Shown here one piece after another: positions 32,650-42,962 of a stretch of 64,000 nucleotides of DNA. Within the stretch, counting starts at the first letter, position 1. Each line of letters opens with the position of its first letter. Source of the stretch: Candidatus Thorarchaeota archaeon (GTDB lineage: Archaea; Asgardarchaeota; Thorarchaeia; Thorarchaeales; Thorarchaeaceae); contig CAVSBO010000003.1 of NCBI GenBank assembly GCA_963726195.1, positions 544,001 through 608,000 of the forward strand, read 5' to 3'. The notes under the pieces are model-generated. The model saw nothing but the letters and a program-made list of their open reading frames with translations, had not been told where the DNA came from and searched no databases. The position numbers and the translations under genes were made by a program.

Positions 32650-33270
32650 ATGACCGATGACGTACACGACCTTGGATCATCCGAAGTTCACGAAGACACA
32701 ACCGGATGGAAGATCGGTGCCCGAGCCCTTGGCATTGCAGAGAGCTTCGAGCAATCAGATGAATGCAGCACTGTCGCAGGAGTCGTGATGCGGGGTGACA
32801 TGAGAATCGACGGTTATGGTTTCTGCCGTCCATCGATAGGCGGGGCCAACGCAACGGAGGAGCTGATATCCATGTATCATTCACTCAACAGGCAGGATAT
32901 CAGAGCTTGGATGTTGGGTGGAAGCGTAATCTCTTGGTTCAATATCGTAGACATTCAAGAACTGCACGAAAGAACGGATACACCGGTTGCATGCGTATCG
33001 TATCGTCCGTCAGAGGGCATCGAGAAGTACCTGAAGGAGTATTTCCCAGACGACTGGCAAAAGAGAGCAGACGTGCTTGAACGGACTGGCGAGCGGGTCG
33101 AGATACACCTGAACACAGGCCACTCAGTATTCCTATCTGTGGCGGGAATAAGCATCAACAAGGGCCGCCGATTGATAGACATGTTTACCTTGGATGGTGC
33201 AGTGCCAGAGCCTATCAGAGCAGCGCGAATCCTCGCCGCTTCAATACGCCATTCAGGTTGCTTCCAATAG
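32650..33270 (+). CDS. DUF99 family (endonuclease V-like fold) protein
   Basis: ALGIAESF, GVVMRGD, ISWFNIVD, VPEPIRAA. Confidence 0.85.
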   Translation: MTDDVHDLGSSEVHEDTTGWKIGARALGIAESFEQSDECSTVAGVVMRGDMRIDGYGFCRPSIGGANATEELISMYHSLNRQDIRAWMLGGSVISWFNIVDIQELHERTDTPVACVSYRPSEGIEKYLKEYFPDDWQKRADVLERTGERVEIHLNTGHSVFLSVAGISINKGRRLIDMFTLDGAVPEPIRAARILAASIRHSGCFQ

Positions 33271-33272
33271 TC

Positions 33273-33905
33273 CTAGCCAGAGCGGCCGAGCCTGTTCCTG
33301 TGCATATCGTACAGCTGCTCAAATAGAGATTGGGCCACGTCCAAGTGGAGATTGGTGATTTCGGCTTTCGCATGTTCGAAGAATTCCTCGAGGTTTTGAG
33401 AAGGAAAGCCAGAACTCTCAAGACGAACTGCATGTGCTAACATGTCAAGCTTGTCAGCGGCAACGACGACCCTTGCTTCAAGGGTCTTGGAATCCTCAAA
33501 CTCATCCCATTGCTTTCTCAGCGTCTCCCCAGCTGCTCCGAGTGGACGAAGCATCAGCCTCATTGCGCTCCGCTCGGTCTCTCTCTTTCCCGATTTCATT
33601 GTCGTGCCGCCCAGTTCGACGGCTTTGTGTGGGATATCCGATATCATGGCTTCGGGCAAGTCATGAAGGACTGCCATTGTCAAGAGCCTCTCAATGTCGA
33701 CACTCGTTCCTTGGGATTTGATATGGTGCGCTAAGAGGAGAGCAATGAACACAGTCCCCCAGCAATGAGATGCGACGGTCTCGCACTCCGGAGGGTTCTG
33801 TCCAGCTAGAATCCAGCCAGTGCGCGAAAGTCGTTTGAGAGACTCCGATTTCAGGCAGACTTCAATAATCTCTTCTGCATTCATATAAGACGCCTCCCAC
33901 TCCAT
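33273..33905 (-). CDS. HD domain 5'-deoxynucleotidase (YfbR/HDDC2-like)
   Basis: LKRLSRTGW, ETVASH, LHDLPEA..DIP, ADKLD. Confidence 0.9.
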   Translation of the reverse strand: MEWEASYMNAEEIIEVCLKSESLKRLSRTGWILAGQNPPECETVASHCWGTVFIALLLAHHIKSQGTSVDIERLLTMAVLHDLPEAMISDIPHKAVELGGTTMKSGKRETERSAMRLMLRPLGAAGETLRKQWDEFEDSKTLEARVVVAADKLDMLAHAVRLESSGFPSQNLEEFFEHAKAEITNLHLDVAQSLFEQLYDMHRNRLGRSG

Positions 33906-33948
33906 TGGGGCTGAGCACTTTTCGTTTGCCCTGTGACCATAATGCTAC

Positions 33949-35047
33949 TCATGGAGTGACGGTGATGGTGCCATTGACAATCATATCTTTGTAAATGCGA
34001 ATGACGTTGAATATGTTCGCAGATATGTACGTGTTACTGTACGAGAATGCTGTTACATTAGCACCACCGTTGGCCAAGTTGTATTGGAACTGATTATTGG
34101 GTGGGGCTGGGAACGCGTTCCACAGTGTCGCGTTGATTATCCAAGATACTGCCCAGTCTATGCGAGGAACGACACTGGTTGGAATCCAGCTCGGCGCAAC
34201 GGGCGCTAGAATATTGGCACAACCAAGGTAGTCTAGGTTGCCATCAGCAGCTATCACGAGAGGCATCCTGTGTTTGAGATGAAGAATCGTGCTGTTGGCC
34301 AAGAGCATTCCGTTGCGCACTCCGATGATGCTAGCACGGACAGGCGCGAACAACACGGATATTCCGGTTGCGGTGAACAAATGAAATGTTGCATTGCCGG
34401 CAGCAGAGTTGTTGTTGTAGCTGCCCACGTACTCTGTTGGCGCAAGTGTCACGTTCAACACATAGGTGGTATTCGCGGCAATGACGCCCTGCACGAAACC
34501 GTTGATTAGACTCGTGACCGCTGGATCATCACTCATCGATGCAAGAATCCCAACCACCTTAGTGTAGTTCGTGCTAGCGGAAAGGAGTGCTGCAAGAACA
34601 CCCGCAAGGAAAGGCGGCCTGTTCGGAATGGAATATGCCGCACGCAACATTAGGCAAAGTGACATTACCACCAATCATGGCAAACTTCTGGTGCGGGTAT
34701 GCTGCGGCAGTACTATTCAGCGCAGATGTAAGTTTCTGCCCAATGACCACAATAAGGTTGTACTGGCCTGAAGATGCAAGACTCCGCATCAAGGTCTCAG
34801 CCTCAACAGCCGTCTTCGGATATGGACTAGGTATGACATACTGAACAGTGAAGTTGCCAGAGATTTGATTCATCCCAATCTGGGCTTGGTCTGCCATGCT
34901 GAGGTCGCCGAAGCCAGGGTCCAGTACGACAATTGCAATCTGAGGAGGTCGGTACTGATTCGTGACATAGAGAAAAGCGCCCACAGAACCGAAGATCACA
35001 ATCACAATCACAAGTGAAGTAAGCAATGAGGTCCTTGTGCTCGGCAT
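33949..35047 (-). CDS. BMP family substrate-binding protein (frameshift ~34612)
   Basis: GFGDLSMAD, YPHQKFAMI, EQAAF-LAGVLAA, GFVQGV; N-terminal TM anchor. Confidence 0.8.
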
Positions 35048-35267
35048 TATACTTCCCTCAGCGTCGAACGGGAGCCGAGCACCTCGGGGTTGATTTAAAC
35101 TTGTTGTTCAAAGAATCTTGGAACATGAATACTACATGGGTACGACGAGAAAGATACCACGAGTCTTTTCGCTCAATCAAGTGCGAATGACTACTTTTTC
35201 ATCGTCCTGCGGTTGACCACAGCTTATATAGCGGCAGTTGGTTACACGCTCGCAATAGAGGTTCAAG

Positions 35268-35996
35268 GTGATGGCTGGAGAAATACTTGGGAAAGTTGCA
35301 GACCTTCTCGCAGACGCATTGAAGGTCCACCGCTCCGTTAAGGATGTGATACTGTGCACTAAAGAGGGAGTGGTCGTAGCGGCGGTCTCCAGGAAGAATG
35401 AGAGCATCGACCCGAAAGTCCTGTCTACTGTATCAGCTGCACTTGTATGGGCTGGAACAAACGTACTCGGCCAAGTGGGCAAGGCCAAGCCGACGCATCT
35501 AATGCATTCCACACAGGGTGAGACCATACTCACGGTACTGCAACCACACTATCAACTGGTCGTTGTTTTGGCGAGAGCTGAGCAGACAGGAGTGGATTCT
35601 GCCACACTGGTTTCCAGGTTCCAGTCTGTCGCCACACGTATTGAGCTGCTCATGGGTTCAAGTGCCGCACCCTCAAGAGAGACGCTTCTTGGGAACATTG
35701 TGAAAGCATTCCCAGAGATAACTCAGGCCATGCTTCTCACGGCTGAGGGGTTGCCTCTTGGCTCGGTTGGTCTCGAGAATTACGTAGAGATTGCCGCGTT
35801 GGTCAGTTCCATCTTCGCGAACGGACTCACGTACTCGAATCGCACCGAGAGCATACTGATCAATTCTGAACAGGTTGACCTGTTAGTAACTCGAGTTGAC
35901 GAAACGCGCCTGCTCGCAGTTGTCTGCAGAGGCACTCAGCCCGATGTTCTGTCCAAAAAGGTGATGGCATTCATTCAGGAAAACTTGGCGCTCTAG
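35268..35996 (+). CDS. Tandem roadblock/LC7 domain protein
   Basis: Two repeats: ILCTKEGVVVAA..LSTVSAAL and LLTAEGLPLGS..IAALVSSI. Confidence 0.8.
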   Translation: MMAGEILGKVADLLADALKVHRSVKDVILCTKEGVVVAAVSRKNESIDPKVLSTVSAALVWAGTNVLGQVGKAKPTHLMHSTQGETILTVLQPHYQLVVVLARAEQTGVDSATLVSRFQSVATRIELLMGSSAAPSRETLLGNIVKAFPEITQAMLLTAEGLPLGSVGLENYVEIAALVSSIFANGLTYSNRTESILINSEQVDLLVTRVDETRLLAVVCRGTQPDVLSKKVMAFIQENLAL

Positions 35997-36706
35997 TGAA
36001 CCTTGGTTGGTTCGGCAATCTCGGGGGGGACTGTATCATCTTCGCTGACTAAATCGAGTTGCCACTCCCTTAGATTAATCTTTATGTAGCAGTCTTTGCC
36101 TCTCTCGGGGCAGTCAATCCGAATGGTCACATGGTCCTGCGTCTTCTCTTTGATTTCCGGATTCAGACAACCGCCCTCCAACTTCTCCATCAACCACATA
36201 ACATACGCTTCTGTTATTGAGTTCAGGCTGCCGTCCAAAAGGGCTTGGCCCAGATGAGCCAGATAATGCCTCTTCTTCCGTCCTTGCTTTTCAACACTAA
36301 CCAGTCCAACCTCTTCCATGCGTGAGATGTGCCAACGGACTGTGTCGTGATGGACACCAAGAGTCTCAGCCATTTGTTCTTGATAACACCCGGGGTTGTT
36401 CACAATGTATGAGAATATTCTTCTGGCGGTCTCGCTGCGCATCGTCAGGTATGCCATTTCTGCTTCTTGAGACCTTAACATTCTAGGGTAGTAGAGTCTC
36501 TTTCCTGCGAACTTGATTGACTTTACGAGCCCTTCCCGTTCAAGAATCCTGAGATGCCATGTCAAAGTGCCAAGAGGACTCTCGAGCATCGACACAAGCT
36601 CGAGAAGGTAGGTGCCGGGATTCTCGCAGAGGACCTGATAGAGGTCCCGCCTAAACGGGTGAAGAAGCAACGTCAAGCGTTTTTGCTTTTTGCTTTTTGC
36701 TTGCAT
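35993..36706 (-). CDS. Double winged-HTH (ArsR-like) transcriptional regulator
   Basis: RRDLYQVLCENPG..TWHLRILEREGLV and RIFSYIVNNPG..WHISRMEEVGLV. Confidence 0.88.
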   Translation of the reverse strand: MQAKSKKQKRLTLLLHPFRRDLYQVLCENPGTYLLELVSMLESPLGTLTWHLRILEREGLVKSIKFAGKRLYYPRMLRSQEAEMAYLTMRSETARRIFSYIVNNPGCYQEQMAETLGVHHDTVRWHISRMEEVGLVSVEKQGRKKRHYLAHLGQALLDGSLNSITEAYVMWLMEKLEGGCLNPEIKEKTQDHVTIRIDCPERGKDCYIKINLREWQLDLVSEDDTVPPEIAEPTKVH

Positions 36707-36866
36707 CAGCCAGTCCTCTTGCGTCGGCGTTCATTCAAATGGGCTGAAAGGTCATAAAAGGTCTTCGACAAGTTGAGTGCCACGGAACATTAGACCTAAG
36801 CTTCGGAACCTTTTTCGGCGTATTGTGACATCCAAACGGTAGAATCTCGGCTTAGAAGGTCTTGAC

Positions 36867-38699
36867 TTGTGCGGCATAACTGGTATTGTGAGCCTCAACC
36901 GGGAGGACATTGGTGAAGTTCTTGTCAAGTGCGGCCGCAAGTTGACGTACCGAGGTTACGACTCCGTGGGGCTCGCAGCTGTTCATAATGGCACAGTTGA
37001 CCTCAGGAAAGACGTAGGGACAATCGATGCAGTGGACAAGTTGCTCGGATTGTCAAAAATGAAAGGAGACAGAGGCATCGTCCAACTTAGATGGGCGACC
37101 TACGGTCCGCCAACAAAGCTCAATGCGCAGCCACATTTCGGATGCGACGAGTCAATCTACGGGGCTCACAATGGCAACATCCACAATTATGTGGAGTATC
37201 GGAAGGAACTCGTGGAGACAGGTCATATCGTACGCTCTGAGAATGACGGGGAGCTTTGTGTCCACGCTGTCGACAAGTACTATGAACAGACTGGCGATAT
37301 GCTAGAGGCCGTAAGGCTTTCTACGCGGGACCTGAAGGGTGCGTTCTCGTTCGCCGTGGGCAGAGCGGATAGCAAAGAGATCTATGCCGTCAAGATGGGA
37401 TCCTCACTCGTTGCAGGAGTCGGCAATGGCGAGACAATTGCATCAAGTGACCTTCCCTCGATTCTGCCAGTCACAAACAATGTGATTTACCTTGCAGATG
37501 GCGAGATGCTAGCGCTTTCTCCAGATAGGGTTGAGGTCTACAGAATCGAAGATGGAAAGCGGCTGCAGCGAAAACCGGAGCCCACTACGATCGACGTACA
37601 CTCAGCCGAGAAGGGCGGCTTCCCACACTTCATGCTGAAGGAGATAAACGAACAACCAAAGGTTGCACAAGACGTGATGGGAGTTCTTCAGGGAGCGAAG
37701 TCTGACGAATGGCTCAAGTTGATAGAGGAAGCAAAGAGCCTCTACCTTGTGGCGTGCGGCTCGTCCTACAATGCGGGTATCGTCGGAGCGTACTACTTCA
37801 ATCGACTAGCCGGCATACCTCTAGTTCCCTCAATCGGCGGCCAATTCGAGCCTATGTACGGCCGGACTCTAGATGAAGATAGCTTATGCATCCTTGTTTC
37901 CCAAAGCGGAGAGACCAAGGACATACTGAACGTCCTGAATCTCGTGAAAGGTCAGGGCACCGGCAAGACTCTGGGCATCGTCAATGTCATCGGCAGCACC
38001 TTGATGTTCAACGCAGACGCGTACGTACCAATGGTCTGCGGATACGAGGTCAGCGTCCCTGCCACAAAGACCTACTTCTCTCAGACAGTCATCTTTGCAT
38101 ACCTTGCTGCGGTGCTAGGCGAGAGAAACGGTCGCCTTGACCGGAAGGAAGCAAGATCCATTGTTCGATTGTTGAGCCAAGACTTGCCAGTACTGGCTCA
38201 ATCAACAATCGACCGCACGGGAATCCTTGCAAAGAACCTCGCGAGGACATTGACCGGCACTAAGGACCTTTACTGTCTCGGTTATGGTATGACTGACGGC
38301 GTAGCGCATGAAGGGGCACTCAAGATCAAAGAGATATGTTACAACCATTGCGAAGGAATGTATAGCTCAGAGTTCAAGCATGGACCTCTAAGCATAGTCA
38401 CGAAGGATTACCCCGTGATATTCGTAACAACGCCAGAAGATAGCTGGATGGTCATTAATCATATCAACGAAGTCAAGTGCAGATTTGGTCGTGCCATAAT
38501 CGTGGGTGAACGGGAGAGCACTCTTGAGCCGTACGTGGCAAATGAGACCGACTACTTGGAAGTCCCAAAGGCGAATATCATTCTCAATCCTATGTTGGAT
38601 GTCATCCCGCTCCAGCTACTAAGCTATTTCCTCTCTGTTGACTTAGGAATTGACCCAGACTTGCCGCGCAATCTCTCTAAGACGCTAACCGTTGACTGA
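36867..38699 (+). CDS. glmS: Glutamine-fructose-6-phosphate transaminase (isomerizing)
   Basis: MCGITG, YRGYDS, RWAT, HNG, SQSGET, EFKHGP, PRNLSKTLTVD. Confidence 0.97.
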   Translation: MCGITGIVSLNREDIGEVLVKCGRKLTYRGYDSVGLAAVHNGTVDLRKDVGTIDAVDKLLGLSKMKGDRGIVQLRWATYGPPTKLNAQPHFGCDESIYGAHNGNIHNYVEYRKELVETGHIVRSENDGELCVHAVDKYYEQTGDMLEAVRLSTRDLKGAFSFAVGRADSKEIYAVKMGSSLVAGVGNGETIASSDLPSILPVTNNVIYLADGEMLALSPDRVEVYRIEDGKRLQRKPEPTTIDVHSAEKGGFPHFMLKEINEQPKVAQDVMGVLQGAKSDEWLKLIEEAKSLYLVACGSSYNAGIVGAYYFNRLAGIPLVPSIGGQFEPMYGRTLDEDSLCILVSQSGETKDILNVLNLVKGQGTGKTLGIVNVIGSTLMFNADAYVPMVCGYEVSVPATKTYFSQTVIFAYLAAVLGERNGRLDRKEARSIVRLLSQDLPVLAQSTIDRTGILAKNLARTLTGTKDLYCLGYGMTDGVAHEGALKIKEICYNHCEGMYSSEFKHGPLSIVTKDYPVIFVTTPEDSWMVINHINEVKCRFGRAIIVGERESTLEPYVANETDYLEVPKANIILNPMLDVIPLQLLSYFLSVDLGIDPDLPRNLSKTLTVD

Positions 38700-38700
38700 T

Positions 38701-39083
38701 TCAGTCTTGACCTGTCTCGCCGATTCTGATGACTCTCATGGCGGAAGAAGATACATTCCCTGCATCAAAGCCCTCTCTGATGTTGACCAACTCGTCGTCA
38801 CCAACTTGGAATACGCCAGTCAGCTTGGTCTCATCAGCCAGAGCCCACTGGCCAAAGATGTCGAGATTGGTGTCAGTCTTGCATTCGAGAAGACCAGTAG
38901 TCCCTGAGCTCGACCACCAGCTGAACACCTGCCACATTGGCCAAGACTGGCAAGCATCTCCCTCCACAGTTTCTTGAGCCGCGTAGGACCGTGACTGTTG
39001 AAGAATGTTATCACAACGTTGCCTTTTCGTCCTTCGAGCTCTTGACGGATTGTCCCCATCTCTGACTCTGAAAACAGCATCAT
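38701..39083 (-). CDS. Hypothetical protein (probably frameshifted)
   Basis: Overlapping ORFs 38820..39083 and 38701..38967 fill the gap between glmS and the RimK gene. Confidence 0.45.
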
Positions 39084-39161
39084 TTGACTGTGTGCCTAAG
39101 CCCGGTCCGTTAAAAGCTCCGCGCTACGGATAAAAGGAGAAGCAGGACCCGTTGAATCGAG

Positions 39162-40067
39162 TTGGACATTTTGCCGAAAGTATACTCCGAAGTCGGACTC
39201 TTTTCGTCCGATCCATACTCTCCTCGCGTGCAAAGCTTAACCACGGCATTTCAAAGCTTGGGAGTTGATACAACCCAGGTAATGCCCTGGAAGGTTGCAC
39301 GGACCGGCTCGACAAATATGCATAGTATCATGATAGACGGCAAGGACCTGACGGACCTAGACTTGATGCTCGTGCTAGACCTTGGCGCTACTGATATCGG
39401 GGCATTTTTCAATCGCGTGGGATTACTCTCGGCCTTGGCAGAACTAGGTGTGGAGATTGTGAACTCGGTTTCTTCGATACTTCTCATGCGGAACAAAGCC
39501 GAGACTATGCGGAAGCTAGTTTCTGCTGGGCTCCCCGTTCCGGAGACCCTCATCACGGAGTCAATCGACCACGCAGCTGAGTTCGCGAAATCGCACATCC
39601 CCTGCGTACTGAAACCCATAACTGGCTTCGGAGGGGAGGGCGTTCAGCTCATTGAACGCGAGTTCGACCTTGAGAACATCCATGACTACCTCAAGGTTCA
39701 CAACCAGTATCATGGAAAAGGAGCCTTTCTTCTTCAAGAGTACATCCGAAATTCCGGGTACGATATTCGCGCCCTCGTTGTCGAGAATGAGGTTATCGCG
39801 ACAATGCAGAGAGTAGGAGGAGAGGGCATCACTAGAAACATCCATGCAGGCGGCTTGCCGCGTCGAAATGAGGTAGATGTCACGGACCTGGCAGTTAGGG
39901 CGGCGAAGTCGGTTCGGGGTAGGCTCGTAGGAGTCGATCTCATTCCAGATGTCGACGGCCAACTCTGGGTCTTGGAAGCAAACGCCACACCGGGCTGGTC
40001 AGGCTTGCAGCAAGTTACGAATTTCGACATTTCAAGAAGGATAGCCCAAGTCTTTTGTCGCCGCTAG
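39162..40067 (+). CDS. RimK-family ATP-grasp ligase (CofF/MptN/LysX-like)
   Basis: NKA, PVPET, VLKP..GFGGEGV, LQEYI, DIR, NIHAGG, GVDL, LEANATPG. Confidence 0.92.
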   Translation: MDILPKVYSEVGLFSSDPYSPRVQSLTTAFQSLGVDTTQVMPWKVARTGSTNMHSIMIDGKDLTDLDLMLVLDLGATDIGAFFNRVGLLSALAELGVEIVNSVSSILLMRNKAETMRKLVSAGLPVPETLITESIDHAAEFAKSHIPCVLKPITGFGGEGVQLIEREFDLENIHDYLKVHNQYHGKGAFLLQEYIRNSGYDIRALVVENEVIATMQRVGGEGITRNIHAGGLPRRNEVDVTDLAVRAAKSVRGRLVGVDLIPDVDGQLWVLEANATPGWSGLQQVTNFDISRRIAQVFCRR

Positions 40068-40207
40068 CCCGTTATTTCCATAAGCTTAAAAGCAGGCCAG
40101 ATGGCGTGCCATTCGTCCGGTCCAGAGGGTAACCTCTGCCCGGCGGAATATCGTGGAATCCGTCCTGCTTTGCAGGACAGCAAGACGAAATTCTGAGGTT
40201 CAATTGG

Positions 40208-41227
40208 TTGACAGAAGCCGCTGAAACAGTTCCAGAAGACCTCGAGTTTCTGAGAACCAAGCTCAGAGAACTCAAAACCCAAGCACGTGAAGACCTAGAG
40301 CAGTTGCGTAGAGACCGCGACAAGATGCGGGAATACAAGACCATCCGCGACGAGCACAACAAGGAAGTGCGTGCCCTCATTGAATCGGTGAAGGCTGAAC
40401 GCGAGGAACGTGACCGCATCAACGCAGAAATCACCGAAGCTAAAGATAAGCGAACCGCAATTCACGCACAGCTCAAGAGCGTCTATGACGAGATCCGCGA
40501 CTTGAGGGACAAAATCGTGGGCAGTCCCTCAACAGATCAGAGAAGAATGATGCGGAGAGTCGAGGAACTGGAGTGGAGACAGCAAACAGAGCAGCTGTCC
40601 ATGGACGAAGAACGACAGATTGTCGATGAGATTGCAAAGATTGAAGCACAGCTTGTCAAGATAGGCCAGGAGAAGGAGAAGCAGGACAAGATAAGTGAAC
40701 TCCGACGAATGGCCCGAAGACTAAAGGAGGAGGCCACAGAAGCTCACCAGAAGGTGCTTACTCTTTCTGAGCAATCACAGGTACACCATCAAGAAGTCGT
40801 GAGAATCAGACCACAACTGGAACAATACAAGAAGTCTGCTGACACGGCGCACCAGAACTTCGTGGAATGGCTCAAGAAGGTCAAGGATGGAGAGACTAAA
40901 CTCAAGGACGCCCGCACTCAGATTGACGATATTCACGAGAAAATCAGGAAGCAGATGTCTGAAAGAAGAGAATCTGAGAAGACTGGCAAGAAGGCACAGT
41001 GAAGAGAACAAGACAAAGAACGTGCTGATCTCGCAGTCGAAAAGATGACCACTGGCAAGAGAATGACATTCGATGAGTTCATTCTTGCTCAGCGAGTCGT
41101 TAGTGATGACAAGAAGCGGGCAGATAAGAAGAAGAGAGCAACAGCAGACGAAACCGAAGAAACAACTGCGGAAACAACAGAATCAGAGCCAACCAAGGAT
41201 GAACCAGCCGAGGAAGATAAGGAGTAG
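40208..41227 (+). CDS. Archaeal coiled-coil protein (COG1340-like), interrupted by TGA at 41000
   Basis: LEWRQQT..LSMDEERQIV, ADTAHQ; C-terminal EKMTTGKRMTFDEF in ORF 41045..41227, same frame. Confidence 0.75.
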
Positions 41228-41276
41228 CTGAGACTGTCTCTCGTCACGTGCATGAAAGACCGAGGCGACCAAAGCT

Positions 41277-42560
41277 TTGAGTAGCACAAGCGAGAGGCCT
41301 GTCAGCCGCCATTCTGCTGTTACAATCTTCTACTTTCTGGCTCTCGGTTCCGGAGTGATGCGTACATTCTCCGTCGGTTTTGACATTGTCGCTCTCAACA
41401 CTGTGATTGACCCTAAAATCGATGCATCCTACGCCTTTGCGTACGGTTTCATGGCACAGTGGGTCAGCTTCGTGGCCACAAGCCTACTCGTATTAGTCCT
41501 GAGTGCGAAGAAGAGAATCGACGAAAAGCCAAGGGCGCTAGGTTACTTGGTCGACCCCGACTTTGGCAGAATAGGTTTCCTCCCGAAGAAAGCCATGATG
41601 TACACTTTCATTGGCGGTGTCTTCGCAGGCATCTCGACCTACTCCTATTACTGGTTGATAGGGACCACCACAGACGCATCTGCTGTCCTACCTTTTGGTC
41701 AACTCGCCGTCATCTATCTTCTGATGGGAGACTTGATGGCCGAAAAAGACACGCCCACGATCATCGAAGTTCAATGCATTATGTCCATAATGTTCGGAGT
41801 GCTTCTTGTGGGAGTCTCTCCTCAAGGAGGGTTCAATATCGGTACATTGCTCGTAGTGCTCGTGCCAATGAACATGTCATCTGCAGTATTAACCTATTAT
41901 CAACGGAAGACAAAGCGCTACGAAATCAGGCCAGGACTTCAGGTCGACACAATCAATATGCGTCTCTGGTCACTGCTATTTCTAAACACGGTATACACTA
42001 TACTCGCCATTCCCTCGATGTCAGCAAGCTTCTGGCAGATAATGAATGTGACATTTGTGCCCTTGCTGTGGATAACCGTCGGCGGGTCTCTCACGGCATT
42101 CTTCTCAATCGTGATGTATTCAAGGGCGCTTGGACGGGGATCGATGGCTATCGTCAACTCATTGTCCTCGATTTCAGTCGTGCTCGGGATCCCCTTGATG
42201 CTGATTGGGAACCTAATTGTCCCCGGATCCTTTGGAGCAATTAGCGCCAATGTTTCCCAATGGATTTTCAAGATGTTTGGTGTTTCCCTTGTCATGATCG
42301 GAGTAATTGCTCTACAGGCATCAGATGTGAGAGCGATTGTCATAATCAGAGTGAGACCAGAAACCGGAGACCTACTGCCCCTGCTCTTCAATATCAAGGG
42401 AGTTGAGAGCGCTTCTGGGGTCGCAGGTGATCTTGATTACCTTCTGAGCATCAAGGCTCGCAGCCTCGCGAAGACACGGACTCAGATACTGAATCGGGTT
42501 CAGGAGGTTCCCGGTGTTCAGAGCGTTCACACGCTCATTGTCCTTAAGGATTACAGATAA
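41277..42560 (+). CDS. DMT/EamA-like membrane protein fused to C-terminal Lrp/AsnC ligand-binding domain
   Basis: About 10 TM, then VIIRVRP..GVAGDLDYLLSI..VQEVPGVQSVHTLIVL. Confidence 0.75.
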   Translation: MSSTSERPVSRHSAVTIFYFLALGSGVMRTFSVGFDIVALNTVIDPKIDASYAFAYGFMAQWVSFVATSLLVLVLSAKKRIDEKPRALGYLVDPDFGRIGFLPKKAMMYTFIGGVFAGISTYSYYWLIGTTTDASAVLPFGQLAVIYLLMGDLMAEKDTPTIIEVQCIMSIMFGVLLVGVSPQGGFNIGTLLVVLVPMNMSSAVLTYYQRKTKRYEIRPGLQVDTINMRLWSLLFLNTVYTILAIPSMSASFWQIMNVTFVPLLWITVGGSLTAFFSIVMYSRALGRGSMAIVNSLSSISVVLGIPLMLIGNLIVPGSFGAISANVSQWIFKMFGVSLVMIGVIALQASDVRAIVIIRVRPETGDLLPLLFNIKGVESASGVAGDLDYLLSIKARSLAKTRTQILNRVQEVPGVQSVHTLIVLKDYR

Positions 42561-42601
42561 CAATGTGGATATGATTGGTCAAACCAGTTCGAGGTGGAAA
42601 G

Positions 42602-42857
42602 ATGGGTAACTCAATTCAAGCGTACGTGCTTATGGACATCGAAATAGGGCAGTTGGACAAAGTTGTTGAAAAGCTGAGACTCATTCAAGAAGCCAACAAG
42701 ATTGCCGTGGTAACAGGACATTACGACATCATAATGCGGCTTCAGGTCGAAAGCCTGGAGCGAACTCTACGATATCACTATCCAAAGAATCCATACGATA
42801 CCAGGAATTAGAGAAACAACCACGGCAGTGATTGAAAAAATATACGTAGTGCACTAG
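42602..42857 (+). CDS. Stand-alone Lrp/AsnC ligand-binding (RAM) domain protein (frameshift ~42761)
   Basis: AYVLMDIEIG..VVTGHYDII; the corrected frame continues LEELYDITIQRIHTIPGIRETTTAVI. Confidence 0.8.
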
Positions 42858-42962
42858 TTCATTGTTAGAGCGGCGCCAGTGCTGTTGCGACCCAACACCT
42901 TTTATGTCGACGACCCTCGCTCCTGACGTCGGCATGCCACCACAACGTAGTATTGGCACGCC

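Noticed and set aside
40975-41045. In-frame TGA in the coiled-coil gene as possible selenocysteine/readthrough
   Set aside because: Two compensating A indels give a natural ESERLARRHSEENKTKERADLA; there is no redox context and no convincing SECIS.
41459-42244. Long alternative-frame ORFs (also 62904..63602, 17370..18020, 20290..20904, 55913..56674)
   Set aside because: Shadow ORFs overlapping well-supported genes, with atypical composition and no motifs.
42872-42962. Possible structured leader/riboswitch before the ABC ATPase (GCCAGTGCT/AGTATTGGC)
   Set aside because: Only 9 bp with two G-U pairs. A TATA-like TTTATG at ~42900 suggests transcription starts inside the stem.
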